From positions 1 to 64,000 of the forward strand of contig JBDRNJ010000021.1 in the NCBI GenBank assembly GCA_043811375.1: DNA of 64,000 nucleotides, read 5' to 3'. Under the pieces are notes generated by a model. That model saw nothing but the letters and a program-made list of their open reading frames with translations. It searched no databases and was not told the origin of the DNA. The stretch comes from a bacterium (GTDB taxonomy: Bacteria; Zixibacteria; MSB-5A5; GN15; FEB-12). The translations under genes and the position numbers were made by a program. Below, piece by piece: positions 37,297-47,528 of this stretch (position 1 is its first letter; every line of letters begins with the position of its first letter).

Positions 37297-37917
37297 TCAG
37301 CGGCTACTCCGGCGTCCGGCAGTCAGTTTACCTGAACGGGGCTGCTGTAACAATGAACTGAAGAGACGTACCTGGCGGTCAACATCCACGAGTTTGGGGC
37401 TCATATACTTGCGCAACGCCAGGCCGTCGTATAATGAAAAGATCAGTACCGCCAACTGGCGTCGTTGTTGCAGGGTTCGGCCAAAAGACGGATCAAGTCG
37501 AGCCGCCACCACGTCAATGGCCTTGCGAAAAACTTTGTTGATGTGCGCCCGGATACGCGGCAACTTGAGCACTTCGGCTTGCAAATCGAGACTGTGCCGC
37601 GTACGGGGCATATTGCGACATAGGTCGATATTTCTCAATAAGTTCAAAACGTATCCGGGGCTGAGGTCTCGATCAGTTTCAGACTCGAAAGCGGTGGAGA
37701 ACTGATCAGCCATTCGCTGCAGTAACCGGCAGAGTATCTCCTCTTTGCTGCGGAAGTGGTAGTAGAACGCGCCTTTGGTCAGCCCGGCTCGCCGAGCAAT
37801 GGACTCAATAGAGGTTGCCCGGTAACCGTTACGAATAAACAGTGTCTGAGCGGCACCGAGAAGCTGGTTCCGGCGTGTTTCCGCCGGTAGTTTGGGACTT
37901 TGTTTAATGCCCGGCAT
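37297..37917 (-). CDS. TetR/AcrR family regulator
   Basis: GYRATSIESIARRAGLTKGAFYYHF.SKE helix-turn-helix. Confidence 0.93.
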   Translation of the reverse strand: MPGIKQSPKLPAETRRNQLLGAAQTLFIRNGYRATSIESIARRAGLTKGAFYYHFRSKEEILCRLLQRMADQFSTAFESETDRDLSPGYVLNLLRNIDLCRNMPRTRHSLDLQAEVLKLPRIRAHINKVFRKAIDVVAARLDPSFGRTLQQRRQLAVLIFSLYDGLALRKYMSPKLVDVDRQVRLFSSLLQQPRSGKLTAGRRSSR

Positions 37918-37947
37918 ATTTTTTATCGTCTGTTTATCGTCATTACA

Positions 37948-37990
37948 TACCTACCGACTGGTATCTACCACATTATCCGGATTTTGTCAA
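37948..37990 (-). promoter_or_regulatory. promoter with overlapping candidate TetR operator
   Basis: TTGACA-N17-TAGATA; dyad ATACC-AGTCGGTA-GGTAT / TACCAGTCGGTA over the predicted start site. Confidence 0.5.
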
Positions 37991-38011
37991 GAAATGTTTC
38001 GGGGCTGAGGG

Positions 38012-38980
38012 TTACAGCCACTTCTTTTTGCGGAAATAGGCCACCAGGGACAGCACGATTGTCAGCATAATCACCAGGGCAAAAACGTACCCGTATTTCC
38101 AGTCCAGTTCCGGCATGAAGTCGAAATTCATCCCCCACAACCCCACCAGAAAAGTGGGCGGGATAAACAGAACCGTAAAGATCGTCAGTACTTTTATGAT
38201 CTCGTTGGTTTTTGTCGACACTGACGAATAATACACTTCCAGGGAGGAATTGAGAATCTGCCGGTGAACCTCGGCTATATCACTGATACGCACCAGGTGG
38301 TCATGAATATCGGAGAAGTAGACCGCCGCCTTACTGGTGATGAGCTTGAACTTGTCCCGGGAGAAGTGGCTGAGCACTTCCATCTGCGGTATGACGATCC
38401 GCTTGAGATGGACGATATCCCGGCGCAGGGTGAAGATCGACCTCAGCGTTTCTTCGTCGGGACCGCTGAGAACGTCGTCTTCAACCTGGTCGACTTCGTA
38501 CTCGAGGATATCGAGAGTGGCGTTGTAATTGTCGACGGTAGCGTCAATCAGGGCGTGAAACAGGAAGTCGGCCCCGCGTGACAGCAGCCGTTCGTCACGT
38601 TGGGCGCGATGGTAAAGGTAGTCGAAGATACGGTGATCATCGTAGTGAACCGTTACAACTGAATTTTTACTCAGGAACATATCGATTTCGCTGATCTTCA
38701 GGCCCTCTTCGCGGCCGACGTAATCGACGATCTGGAAAACCAGAAAGAGGTAGCGGTCGTAATCATCGATTTTGGTGTGCGGTTTTTCGGCGATGACGTC
38801 TTCGATTGCCAGCGGGTGAAAGGAGAAGTCATGAGTCAGCACAAACGATTCCTCGTCGGTCGGCTTGCACATATCGACCCACAGCACGCAGTTTTCCTGA
38901 CTGGTCAGGCGGTTGAAATCGGCGATGCCGTCGATGATCTTGACACCGTCGCCCGGGAGGTAGAGAAACGACTTGATCAT
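38012..38980 (-). CDS. corA: magnesium/cobalt transporter CorA
   Basis: FHPLAIED, MNF signature (GMNF..MPEL), two C-terminal TM helices. Confidence 0.95.
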   Translation of the reverse strand: MIKSFLYLPGDGVKIIDGIADFNRLTSQENCVLWVDMCKPTDEESFVLTHDFSFHPLAIEDVIAEKPHTKIDDYDRYLFLVFQIVDYVGREEGLKISEIDMFLSKNSVVTVHYDDHRIFDYLYHRAQRDERLLSRGADFLFHALIDATVDNYNATLDILEYEVDQVEDDVLSGPDEETLRSIFTLRRDIVHLKRIVIPQMEVLSHFSRDKFKLITSKAAVYFSDIHDHLVRISDIAEVHRQILNSSLEVYYSSVSTKTNEIIKVLTIFTVLFIPPTFLVGLWGMNFDFMPELDWKYGYVFALVIMLTIVLSLVAYFRKKKWL

Positions 38981-40020
38981 ACTTTCTCCTCCTCTGAGGT
39001 TATCAGGGCGCCGTTCTCAGACACGCGGTCGAGGACAAACTCGTCTTCATGTTGCGATTTGATCTCCTTCAGCGAGACCTTCTCAAAACGCAGGAAACTG
39101 AAACCCATCAGGTAGACGGGCAACAGGTCCAGCATGTGTAGGGCCAGGGCAAACAGAACGGCATCGGACCGGCCGACCGAGAAAGCGATAAGGGTGGTGC
39201 TCACCGCCACCTCAAAGGTGCCGGCGTTGCCCGGTGTGATGGGAATCATGACCGCCAGGGTGTTGATGATCATAACGGCCGCCGCCGAAGCCAGCGGTAG
39301 TTGAAAGCCGAACGACAGGAACAGGAAGTAGATAACCAGCATGTGGAAGACCCAGGACAACAAAGAAAACAGTAATGAGCCCAGCAGATGATGGCTGGAA
39401 CGCAGAAGCTCGATTCCCTTGGTGAATGAACGGATGAATTTCTTGACGCCGATATAGATTCCGGGCCATCGATGGCGCAGGTGCCGGCGGCCGAACTCTT
39501 CCAGTCGCGTCTGGAAATGCAGGGTCAGGTACAGTAGTGCCAGCAGGGTAATGGTAATCACTGAGAGGACTATGCTGAGGGTACGGTATTCCTCAGGAAA
39601 AACGAAAGCCAGGGATGTCAATAACAGGAAAACGACCAGGGTGATGGCGTCAAAGAGAACCTCCAGTACCATGGTCGAAAAGACAAAGCTCTTTTTGAGG
39701 CCTTCTCTCCGGGCAAACAGGAACATGCGCCCGACCTGGCCGGTAAGAGCAGGCATGATGATATTGAGAATCTGACCGGCGGAGAACAGGCAGACGGCAC
39801 GGCTGTAGCCTATTTCCTTCTGCTGAATAACCATCAGCCGCCAGCGCAGGCCACGAAAGATAACAAAAAGAAATGAGCAGACCACCGAGAAGATAAAGTA
39901 CAAATACTCGATACGTCCGAGAAGAGACTCTATCTCACTGATTCTGATATCCTTGAGACAGTATCCCAGCAGGGCTACCGCAATAAGAACCCCCCAGAAC
40001 TGTTTTTTCTTCCAGAACAT
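38977..40020 (-). CDS. lysylphosphatidylglycerol synthase TM / flippase-like membrane protein
   Basis: RW, N...P...G, E..FD, P.TPG..GTFE; multiple TM helices. Confidence 0.85.
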   Translation of the reverse strand: MFWKKKQFWGVLIAVALLGYCLKDIRISEIESLLGRIEYLYFIFSVVCSFLFVIFRGLRWRLMVIQQKEIGYSRAVCLFSAGQILNIIMPALTGQVGRMFLFARREGLKKSFVFSTMVLEVLFDAITLVVFLLLTSLAFVFPEEYRTLSIVLSVITITLLALLYLTLHFQTRLEEFGRRHLRHRWPGIYIGVKKFIRSFTKGIELLRSSHHLLGSLLFSLLSWVFHMLVIYFLFLSFGFQLPLASAAAVMIINTLAVMIPITPGNAGTFEVAVSTTLIAFSVGRSDAVLFALALHMLDLLPVYLMGFSFLRFEKVSLKEIKSQHEDEFVLDRVSENGALITSEEEKV

Positions 40021-40059
40021 ATTTTTACAGCCTTAATTCGTGCCGGTGTATCAGGCGGC

Positions 40060-40088
40060 AAGATAGAAACTGCCTGCCGAAGTGTCAA
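40060..40088 (-). promoter_or_regulatory. sigma70-type promoter
   Basis: TTGACA-N17-TATCTT. Confidence 0.55.
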
Positions 40089-40120
40089 TTAAATAAACGG
40101 GAGGCGATGACTGTAAGTCG

Positions 40121-40888
40121 TTAGATTTCAGCAACTAACTGCTTGTCGACCCAACCACGTCGCTTGTTTTCAAACAGGACGTTATAGTAATCGTCGGTTT
40201 CCGAGAGAATCTCAAAGACCACTCCGGGAGCTCCCTGCAGTTCGATGTCGGACTGATCCGACGGGCCGGTAAATACGGGAGCTTCTTCGGCAATGATTAC
40301 ACCCCGCTGGGTAAGGTAATCATGACGGTACTTGAATGTAGTTAAGCTCACCGACACCACCAGTACTATCAGGATGCCGGTGATAGCTGCTCGCAGGCCG
40401 GTACCCACTATCCCCAGCCCCAGGCGAAGGATGAGCGATATGATTAACACCGCAAAGATGGCGGAAGAAAGCCAGGCCAGTGTATCCAGGCGGTAAGGAT
40501 CGACCAGCGAAACCATGAAGCTGTTAATGGGGTTGAGCTGGACACCCTCCATCTGAACGCGAGAGAACTGGCGGGCGAAACGGAGGTTGCTCAGAATATC
40601 TTCGTCAGACGGATTCAGCCGTCGGGCTTTAAGATAGTACAGGACTGCATGTCCGAGGTCACCGTGCTTAAAATAGGCGTTGCCCAGGTTGTAATAGAGA
40701 GCCGCCGATTCCACTTTTGCCCTGACAATCCCGGTATAGGTCTCAATTGCAGCCTCGTACTCCTTCTGTTCATACAGGCTGTTGGCAAGTGCGAATTCAT
40801 CACTGACCGTCGCTGCCGAACCAACTGACCCGATTGACAATACTGCCATCAGCAGAACGGTCGCACCTTTGCCTGTGAACCTAACCAA
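40121..40888 (-). CDS. batE: BatE-like TPR + SH3 protein
   Basis: LYYNLGNAYFK.G.LG.A.LYY.KA.RLNP; two TM; C-terminal GWV. Confidence 0.8.
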   Translation of the reverse strand: MVRFTGKGATVLLMAVLSIGSVGSAATVSDEFALANSLYEQKEYEAAIETYTGIVRAKVESAALYYNLGNAYFKHGDLGHAVLYYLKARRLNPSDEDILSNLRFARQFSRVQMEGVQLNPINSFMVSLVDPYRLDTLAWLSSAIFAVLIISLILRLGLGIVGTGLRAAITGILIVLVVSVSLTTFKYRHDYLTQRGVIIAEEAPVFTGPSDQSDIELQGAPGVVFEILSETDDYYNVLFENKRRGWVDKQLVAEI

Positions 40889-42698
40889 GTTTCATTTCCT
40901 CGATGCTGATCATGATCTGTTCAGCTTGTGACAGATCCTGGTCGATAGCCATCTGCGAACTGGCCGATGGTGCAAAACGGGCATAGTCACACCTGGCCAT
41001 AAGATCAGTCACGTTTGCCGCCAAAGTCTGATCGGCCGTTCCGGTATGCAGCAATTCGGCTATACGTTCGGTCGTCAGTCCGTGTGGGGAGAGGTTGAAC
41101 TTGTCGGCCACATATGAAGATAAAGCGGAGTGGATCTCGGCGTAAAACTCTCCGGTTCGGTCTGTAATAGCCATTGACCGAGCCCGGGCCAGCCTCTTGC
41201 GAGCCAGCTTGCCAGCCTGGCGGGATCGGGCGTAACCGATGTCTTTGGTCAGTTTTTCCCGGTGGCGACGGATCAGAACCAGTGCCGCCAACGCCAGCAC
41301 CGGCAGGCCGTTGACAAGGATGTACAGGGGAGTAAGAATAAGTAATTGGCCGACCGGCGCCGTCGAGCCAATTTTCTCTTTTATGAAGCGAATGTCACGA
41401 GCCTGACTGCCGATAGTGATATCCGGCCCGCCGTAAGGGACTTCCGGTGATGCTACGTACCCCTCCGGCTTGATGACGGTTAGCGGCATGGCCTGGGTCG
41501 TCAGCGTCCGATAGCGATGATGCTCATGGTCAAAGAAGTTGAAGCTCAGTGCGGGAATCTCCAGCCGACCCGGGCGGCGGGGAATGAACACCTCTTCAAA
41601 CACTTTAGTGCCGCCCAGGCGGTCATTGAGTTTGTTGATGTTCTCACTGCTGGAGGCGCGGTAGATGCGGAAATCATCCATCTCCGGGATGGGTGGTTCG
41701 GCCACTGATTTGATGTTGCCGGTGCCGCTTATCTTGATAGTCACCGTGACGGGCTGGTTGACTTCCACCTGGTTCTTGTTGATCGTGGCGTTGATACGGA
41801 AGCTGCCGATAGTGCCGGTGAAATCGTCCGATCGGCCTTGACGGGGCAGAGGTTTGACGTTGATCGTCAGCGGTCGGCTGCCGGCTGATACCACCTCGCT
41901 GGTGCCGAAGATGTTGCCGAAGATATTAAACGGGTCGCGGACCCGTTTACTGCGTGTAGCCACAGCAAAACGGATAGTCGCCCGGCCGATGGTCAACTCG
42001 CCGGTCTGGGTCGGAAACAGGGCGTATTTGCGTTCGATAACCCTGTAGGTGCGGTCGTTGATCTTTTGCTGGTATGGTGCCTTGTTGCCCAGGACCTCCG
42101 TCCAGAAGCCGGTGGTGGCAGGTTCACTAAGTTCCGGGCTGCCGTGGTACTGCACCGCCGTGCAGAACTTAAGCGTCAGTGTCACTTGCGAATTGACATA
42201 GGGTTCATCATCGTCGACTTCGGCCTGGAAGAAGTAGTCCCGGCTTTTGCCGTCGCGGTCTACCGCTTTTTCTTCCAGGTGGGGAGTCGCCGACTGACCC
42301 TGGTCGAGTACGGTCAACTCCAATCGTTTGCCTTTGTACCGCTGGTTATTGTACACCACCGCGATCTGGTCAATGGGGAACGTCCCCGGCTTTTTGGGCA
42401 GCAGCATGTAGCGATAAGTTACCGAGGAACTGACGTTATTGTTGACGATGCTGATGCTGCTGGAACTACCCTGCGAGTAGACTTCAAACATCGGTAGTGT
42501 CGGCATCTGAGGTGCCGGCAGGTTCTGGGAAGCGCCGGAGACAACAATCTCCAGGACAGCCTGCTCATCCAGCCCGATGGAATCCCGATTTAGAGAAACC
42601 TCCACCGTCAGTTCATCCGCTGCTTGTCCCGCCGCCGGTATTATTGCGATAAGAAAAGCCAGGGCTATGAAGGTTGATGAGAATCGAGACAACTGCAT
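40881..42698 (-). CDS. batD: BatD family protein
   Basis: SSSISIVN, P.K.G.F.I, LFP...G.L.I, SGTGN; synteny. Confidence 0.85.
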   Translation of the reverse strand: MQLSRFSSTFIALAFLIAIIPAAGQAADELTVEVSLNRDSIGLDEQAVLEIVVSGASQNLPAPQMPTLPMFEVYSQGSSSSISIVNNNVSSSVTYRYMLLPKKPGTFPIDQIAVVYNNQRYKGKRLELTVLDQGQSATPHLEEKAVDRDGKSRDYFFQAEVDDDEPYVNSQVTLTLKFCTAVQYHGSPELSEPATTGFWTEVLGNKAPYQQKINDRTYRVIERKYALFPTQTGELTIGRATIRFAVATRSKRVRDPFNIFGNIFGTSEVVSAGSRPLTINVKPLPRQGRSDDFTGTIGSFRINATINKNQVEVNQPVTVTIKISGTGNIKSVAEPPIPEMDDFRIYRASSSENINKLNDRLGGTKVFEEVFIPRRPGRLEIPALSFNFFDHEHHRYRTLTTQAMPLTVIKPEGYVASPEVPYGGPDITIGSQARDIRFIKEKIGSTAPVGQLLILTPLYILVNGLPVLALAALVLIRRHREKLTKDIGYARSRQAGKLARKRLARARSMAITDRTGEFYAEIHSALSSYVADKFNLSPHGLTTERIAELLHTGTADQTLAANVTDLMARCDYARFAPSASSQMAIDQDLSQAEQIMISIEEMKLG

Positions 42699-42709
42699 AT
42701 AAAGATTCT

Positions 42710-43441
42710 TTACCAGTCGTGACCGGTATAACCACCTGTTTTGGACTGTCTTTTTATCTTTTTCTGGATATCGCCCTCATCATCCCGCAGAGCATTTAGT
42801 ATCCGCTCGGCATCTTCGGGCGACATCTCTTTCTCTTCTTCTTGTTGCTGAGCCTGCTGCTGTTGTTGTTGTTGTTCTTCTTGCTGCTGTTGTTCCTGTT
42901 GCTGTTGTTGTTCCTGCTGCTGCTGTTCCTGCTGCTGTTGTTCTTCTTGCTGCTGTTGTTCCTGTTGTTGCTGCTCCTGCTCCTGTTGTTGAGGCTGCAT
43001 CTGGTCCTTGAGCATCTTGCGCGCCAGTTCCAGGTTATATTTGGCGTCCATGTCCTCGGGGCAGAGGTTCAGCGCACTTTCATAACTCTTGATGGCGTTC
43101 TCGAAATCCTGCATCCTGAAATAGGTGTTACCGAGATTGTAATAGGCGTCGGATTCCAGATTGATATCGGTGGTGTTCAGTGAGCGAGTGTAGTTATCAA
43201 CGGCTTCCTCATACCCGCCCTGTTGGTGGTGGGCGCCGGCCATATTGTAATTCAGTTCCGGTGATTCCGGCAGGTCGACCTCGGCACTGTGATAGAATTC
43301 CAATGCTTCATTGTACTTGCCATTGGCGAAAGCGTCATTGCCTTTTCTGACCAGGTCGATATGATCGTCACCCTGGGCAGTTGCTGCTGTCAGCAGCAGT
43401 ACCATCAAAAGAAGCGTCTTACTTCTCACTTTCAGTTTCAC
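42710..43441 (-). CDS. batC: BatC-like TPR protein with Gln/Glu-rich tract
   Basis: YYNLGN.YF, DAKYNLELA, AERIL.AL, C-terminal DW; GTG start 43441. Confidence 0.82.
   Translation of the reverse strand: MKLKVRSKTLLLMVLLLTAATAQGDDHIDLVRKGNDAFANGKYNEALEFYHSAEVDLPESPELNYNMAGAHHQQGGYEEAVDNYTRSLNTTDINLESDAYYNLGNTYFRMQDFENAIKSYESALNLCPEDMDAKYNLELARKMLKDQMQPQQQEQEQQQQEQQQQEEQQQQEQQQQEQQQQQEQQQQEEQQQQQQQAQQQEEEKEMSPEDAERILNALRDDEGDIQKKIKRQSKTGGYTGHDW
42841..42996 (-). repeat. CAG/CAA/GAA codon-level low-complexity repeat (EQQQQ units)
   Basis: Directly visible tgctgt/tgttcc runs. Confidence 0.9.
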
Positions 43442-44447
43442 TCCGTCGTTTTTTTCTCCTCTCGGAAAGAAAGAACTCACCGACAAACAGGAGCATAGCT
43501 GCCAGCAGCGGCCATTGAAAACGATCATCATAGCGCGTCACCAGCGTGCCCTCAAGTTCTTTCTTTTCCATAGCAGAGATTTCGTCAAAAATCCGATCCA
43601 GTTCAATCTCGCCGGCGGTGGCGTTGTAGTACTTGCCGCCGGTGGCCAGCGATATCTTCTGCAGCGTAACATCGTCCAGCCGGGTGACTATTACTTCGCC
43701 CGCCTCATCCTTCTTGAAACCTACCTGATTACCTTTACGGTCCAGAACCGGAATAGGTTCACCCTGGGGACTGCCTATGCCCACGGTGTAAATTTTGATG
43801 CCCTGCCGGCGGGCCTCTTCGCCAGCTTCCAGTGCGCCGCCTTCATGGTCTTCGCCGTCCGTCAGAAGCAGCAGGACTTTATGTTTCTTTTCCCTCTGGT
43901 CGAAGGCCCGGGAGGACATTTCAATGGCCGTCGCCAGCGCCGTGCCCTGGGTGCTGACGGAGGTGTTGTCCATTGCTCCCAGCAGGAATCGAGCGGCCGA
44001 GTAATCCAGAGTCAGCGGACACTGGATAAAGGCTTCCCCGGCAAACGCCACCAGGCCGATGCGATCTCCCCGCAGACGATCTATGATACTGCGTATCTCC
44101 AGTATGGCTTTTTCCAGACGATTGGGCTTCATGTCGCGAGCCAGCATGGAGTTGGAAACATCCAGCGCTATAACGATATCAATGCCCTCACGTTTCAGCA
44201 GTTCCATGTGAGTGCCAAATTGCAGCCGGGCCAGAGCCACCGTAACCAGAGCCAGACCGATCAACAACAGTGCCATTTTTGTCTTCAGCCGGGCGAACGA
44301 AATGTACGGGGCGTTTTTCATTATCAGCGGCAGGTCGCCAAAAAGATTCATCAGCTTCCTTTTGCGCCGCAGCGCCGCCAGCACAAAGAGTCCCAGGAGA
44401 ACAACACCCACCAGGATCAGGAAATTCATCGGTTCGGCGAAACGCAT
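43419..44447 (-). CDS. batB: BatB-like VWA protein
   Basis: DVSNSM MIDAS, PLTLD, LTDGEDH. Confidence 0.85.
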   Translation of the reverse strand: MRFAEPMNFLILVGVVLLGLFVLAALRRKRKLMNLFGDLPLIMKNAPYISFARLKTKMALLLIGLALVTVALARLQFGTHMELLKREGIDIVIALDVSNSMLARDMKPNRLEKAILEIRSIIDRLRGDRIGLVAFAGEAFIQCPLTLDYSAARFLLGAMDNTSVSTQGTALATAIEMSSRAFDQREKKHKVLLLLTDGEDHEGGALEAGEEARRQGIKIYTVGIGSPQGEPIPVLDRKGNQVGFKKDEAGEVIVTRLDDVTLQKISLATGGKYYNATAGEIELDRIFDEISAMEKKELEGTLVTRYDDRFQWPLLAAMLLFVGEFFLSERRKKRRSETESEK

Positions 44448-44465
44448 CTATAATTCCTCGTTGCC

Positions 44466-45509
44466 CTAAGGCAGCTTCCTGAAATAAGTGTTGGCCAGCA
44501 GCATTTCCAGGACAATCAGCAACAGACCGCCATATATAAAGTAATGAAACAACTCTCGGTACTGCACGTGGGAAGCGATCTCAATCTCGGTTTTCTCCAG
44601 ATTGTCGATTATTGAGTATATCTCTTCCAGTTCCTTCCCGGAACGAGCCCGGAAATATTTGCCACCCGTTCGTTTGGCAATTTCCTGCAGCGTCGGTTCA
44701 TCTATCTTGGTCGGCTGGTAGACATAACGTTTGCCGAAAATCGGGTCCTGGTAAGGGAACATGGCATTGCCCGATTTGCCCACACCGATAGTGTAGATTT
44801 TGATATCGAAAGCATCCGCCAGATTGGCCGCCGTTATGGGATCGATCTCACCGGCGTTATTGTCACCATCGGTAGCCAGTACGATGACTTTGCTCTTTGA
44901 CTGGGAGTCCCGCAGCCGGTTGACGCTGTTGGCCAGGGCCATGCCGATGGCAGTCCCGTCTTCAACCATTCCGAAATCAACCTGATCGACGAAGTTCAGC
45001 AGTACCCCGTAATCGGTCGTCAGGGGACACTGGGTATAGGAGTAGCGGGCAAACACTACCAGTCCGAGACGATCATTGACGCGTCGGTTAATGAACTTTT
45101 TGATCTCTTCCTTAGCGACGTGCAGGCGGTTATGCGGCTTGAAGTCTTCGGCCTGCATCGACGAGGAAACATCCAGCGCCATCATGATGTCGATCCCCTC
45201 GGAAGTTACTTCGGTATACTCCGTGCCTGAACGGGGACGGGCAAAAGCCACCAGAAACAGCGCCACCGCGGCAATCCGCAGGACGGTCAGCAGGAAGCGG
45301 TATCTCTGACGGAGAGTGCCCGACGCCCGGCGGACGATCCGGATATCGGAATACTTAATGGTGGCCGACTTGAACCGCCGGTGTCGAAGATGAAACCAGG
45401 CCAAGCCGATCAGGACCAGTCCGCCCAGAACAAATATGACAATGGGAGGGATGGTTGTCTCCACCAGGTCAAAGATGTTGAAACTCAGGCCGCTGAAATC
45501 GAGATTCAT
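44466..45509 (-). CDS. batA: BatA-like VWA protein
   Basis: ARP, DVSSSM.AEDF, DGTAIG, TDG.NNAGEIDP, TGGKYFRA. Confidence 0.88.
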   Translation of the reverse strand: MNLDFSGLSFNIFDLVETTIPPIVIFVLGGLVLIGLAWFHLRHRRFKSATIKYSDIRIVRRASGTLRQRYRFLLTVLRIAAVALFLVAFARPRSGTEYTEVTSEGIDIMMALDVSSSMQAEDFKPHNRLHVAKEEIKKFINRRVNDRLGLVVFARYSYTQCPLTTDYGVLLNFVDQVDFGMVEDGTAIGMALANSVNRLRDSQSKSKVIVLATDGDNNAGEIDPITAANLADAFDIKIYTIGVGKSGNAMFPYQDPIFGKRYVYQPTKIDEPTLQEIAKRTGGKYFRARSGKELEEIYSIIDNLEKTEIEIASHVQYRELFHYFIYGGLLLIVLEMLLANTYFRKLP

Positions 45510-46591
45510 GACGCCGTTACCTCGGTCTTTTCGGGGGAATCGGCCCGGGTAGCGCCAATCGCTTCCCCCCGGCGGTGCTGCCGCTCAAGACGCAGCCGTT
45601 CGACCATGCCGTGTACATACTCAAAGTCGGAGTCGGCGCGTTCAGCCGGTGGTATCAGCCGGGCAAACTTCACCAGGTCGGCATGGTGCAGAAAGCGGCT
45701 GATGTCCTCATGCAGGTCGGGCGCCGGCTGCTCCTGCGTGAAACGGAAAAGGAATTCCTCGGTGGTCATATCCAGTACGTTGATCTCGTAGATTTGTCCC
45801 AGGAAATCGCGGGCCAGTTCCGTCAACTCAATATAGTATTGCTTAAAGGCGCCATCCGCCACGAGTGATTTCTGTTTCAACAGGGCTAGGAGCTCGAAGG
45901 CAATCTCCCACGGCGGACGCAGGTCGACCGGAGCTTCGGTGTGTGGACGGCGACGTCGTCGCCACCATAGCAACGATGCGACTGCAATCAGCACGACCAG
46001 CGCCAGGCCGCCCCAGATATAGTACCAGGTCAGGCCGCGCGCGAACACATACGGTGGTTTCAGAGGCTTGATGTCGGCTGAGTCGGTCCCGTCGGCCAGC
46101 AGTGAATTGACCTTGATCGGCACCCCTTCCGACAATACAACTTTCCGGCTGGAATCAGGAAGAATGAACATCACCGGGATGGGTGGTATCACGTAGTCGC
46201 CGGTAGTGAATGTGCTCAGCACGAATTCGTTGATGTTTTGCAGTCGACCGTCGGGCAGCGTCGACCTGATATCCGAGCGGTAGTCCTTAACGTCGAAGGC
46301 GCCCAGGTTAGCGCCCAGCGGCGGCGGTACCAGCTCAACCGTCGAATCATGGATAGCTGTCAGACGGTAGGTGATAAGATCGCCGATATAAACATCGGCT
46401 CGGTCAACCGATGTCTGTATTTCAATTCCCGGCAGGGAGGTCACGGTGTCGGCCGTATCCTGCGCACCTGCCGTTATCGTGAAAACCAGTATCACAGCGG
46501 AAACCAGCCAGACCAGCGCTGCTATGTGAACGCAGTCCGTTGGAAAACTCGTTCGTATGTCGGTATCTTTCTGTTTGCAGTAATTCAACAT
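45506..46591 (-). CDS. Bat-locus membrane protein (BatD-like Ig domain, TM, helical C-terminus)
   Basis: IGD, G.Y.IP, DIKP, TM-RRRR, MTT.E, ADLVKFA. Confidence 0.75.
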   Translation of the reverse strand: MLNYCKQKDTDIRTSFPTDCVHIAALVWLVSAVILVFTITAGAQDTADTVTSLPGIEIQTSVDRADVYIGDLITYRLTAIHDSTVELVPPPLGANLGAFDVKDYRSDIRSTLPDGRLQNINEFVLSTFTTGDYVIPPIPVMFILPDSSRKVVLSEGVPIKVNSLLADGTDSADIKPLKPPYVFARGLTWYYIWGGLALVVLIAVASLLWWRRRRRPHTEAPVDLRPPWEIAFELLALLKQKSLVADGAFKQYYIELTELARDFLGQIYEINVLDMTTEEFLFRFTQEQPAPDLHEDISRFLHHADLVKFARLIPPAERADSDFEYVHGMVERLRLERQHRRGEAIGATRADSPEKTEVTAS

Positions 46592-46595
46592 AGGT

Positions 46596-47516
46596 TCACT
46601 TCACGTTGTGATCGAGAAACTCCACCTTTTCCACCCTGGCCAGTTGCGAGATGTAGTTGCTGAAGGTCGCCTCAGCCTTTTCGTTCTGATAATCGAGGAA
46701 AACAGCCGCCTGAACCGAATCATAGGGAGCGTTCCGGTAGCGGTCCTCACGGTGGGCCAGGTAGTAGTTGCGGACATCGGTGGAATCGATACGCACCTGC
46801 GGTATTACCTTGTCGACCACGTACTTGTCCACCAGCAATTTCTTGTTAACCAGGCGGGCCTGTCTCTTGATCTCAGGATCGTTATCATAGCCTTCCCGGA
46901 TGGCGGCATGGTACAGAAGTTCGGTGGCGACGTAATTGTGAACGAACTCAACCCTGGCCTGTCGGGTGACAAACTGTTGTTGTATCTGAGGTGGCAGTAT
47001 CTGAATTTGCTGCTCGATCTCCGATAACCAGATCGGTACGCCGCCTACCCGGGCTACGGCTACGTCACCGCTGTCGGATGGTGGACTGTCGATATCCACT
47101 ACCTCGGCCAACCGGCGTCGGGCATCCAGCATATGTCCCATCTTCTCCAGGGAGGCCACCAGTTTCCGCGATGCCTCGGCGGCAAATGACGCCTCCGGGT
47201 CAAGCGTCCGCGCCCGAACATAGTGGGCCGCCGCTTCTTCATACGACTCCAGATTGTCAAAGTAGATTCTGGCTATGAGATAGTTGATGTTGGCCCGCTT
47301 GCCGTCGTCCAATGTTTCATCACGAAGGATTTCCCGGTATTCCTCGATGGCGGCATGGTAGAGCTTATTGTTCCGCAACTCTCCGGCCAGTCGTTGGTGC
47401 CGGTCGATGGCGTCGTCGTTGCGGTCCGCGCCGCCGCAAGAAACCTGCATCAGCAGAAGTCCCGTCAGAATGACGATGCCGAATGCCCGCCGGCAGCGGT
47501 TGTCGTGTCTTTTCAT
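46596..47516 (-). CDS. TPR + SurA/foldase N-terminal-like lipoprotein
   Basis: VS-C lipobox, TPR helices, VARVGG..I...E, ELLY..A..EGY; no PPIase core seen. Confidence 0.65.
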   Translation of the reverse strand: MKRHDNRCRRAFGIVILTGLLLMQVSCGGADRNDDAIDRHQRLAGELRNNKLYHAAIEEYREILRDETLDDGKRANINYLIARIYFDNLESYEEAAAHYVRARTLDPEASFAAEASRKLVASLEKMGHMLDARRRLAEVVDIDSPPSDSGDVAVARVGGVPIWLSEIEQQIQILPPQIQQQFVTRQARVEFVHNYVATELLYHAAIREGYDNDPEIKRQARLVNKKLLVDKYVVDKVIPQVRIDSTDVRNYYLAHREDRYRNAPYDSVQAAVFLDYQNEKAEATFSNYISQLARVEKVEFLDHNVK

Positions 47517-47528
47517 CAGGGCACCTGC

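Noticed and set aside
42842..43183. Poly-Leu plus-strand ORF
   Set aside because: Antisense shadow of the BatC poly-Q/E tract.
43515..44453. 312-aa plus-strand ORF (similarly 3430-4170, 5466-6248, 19658-20560, 24034-24804)
   Set aside because: Antisense shadows of well-supported GC-rich genes.
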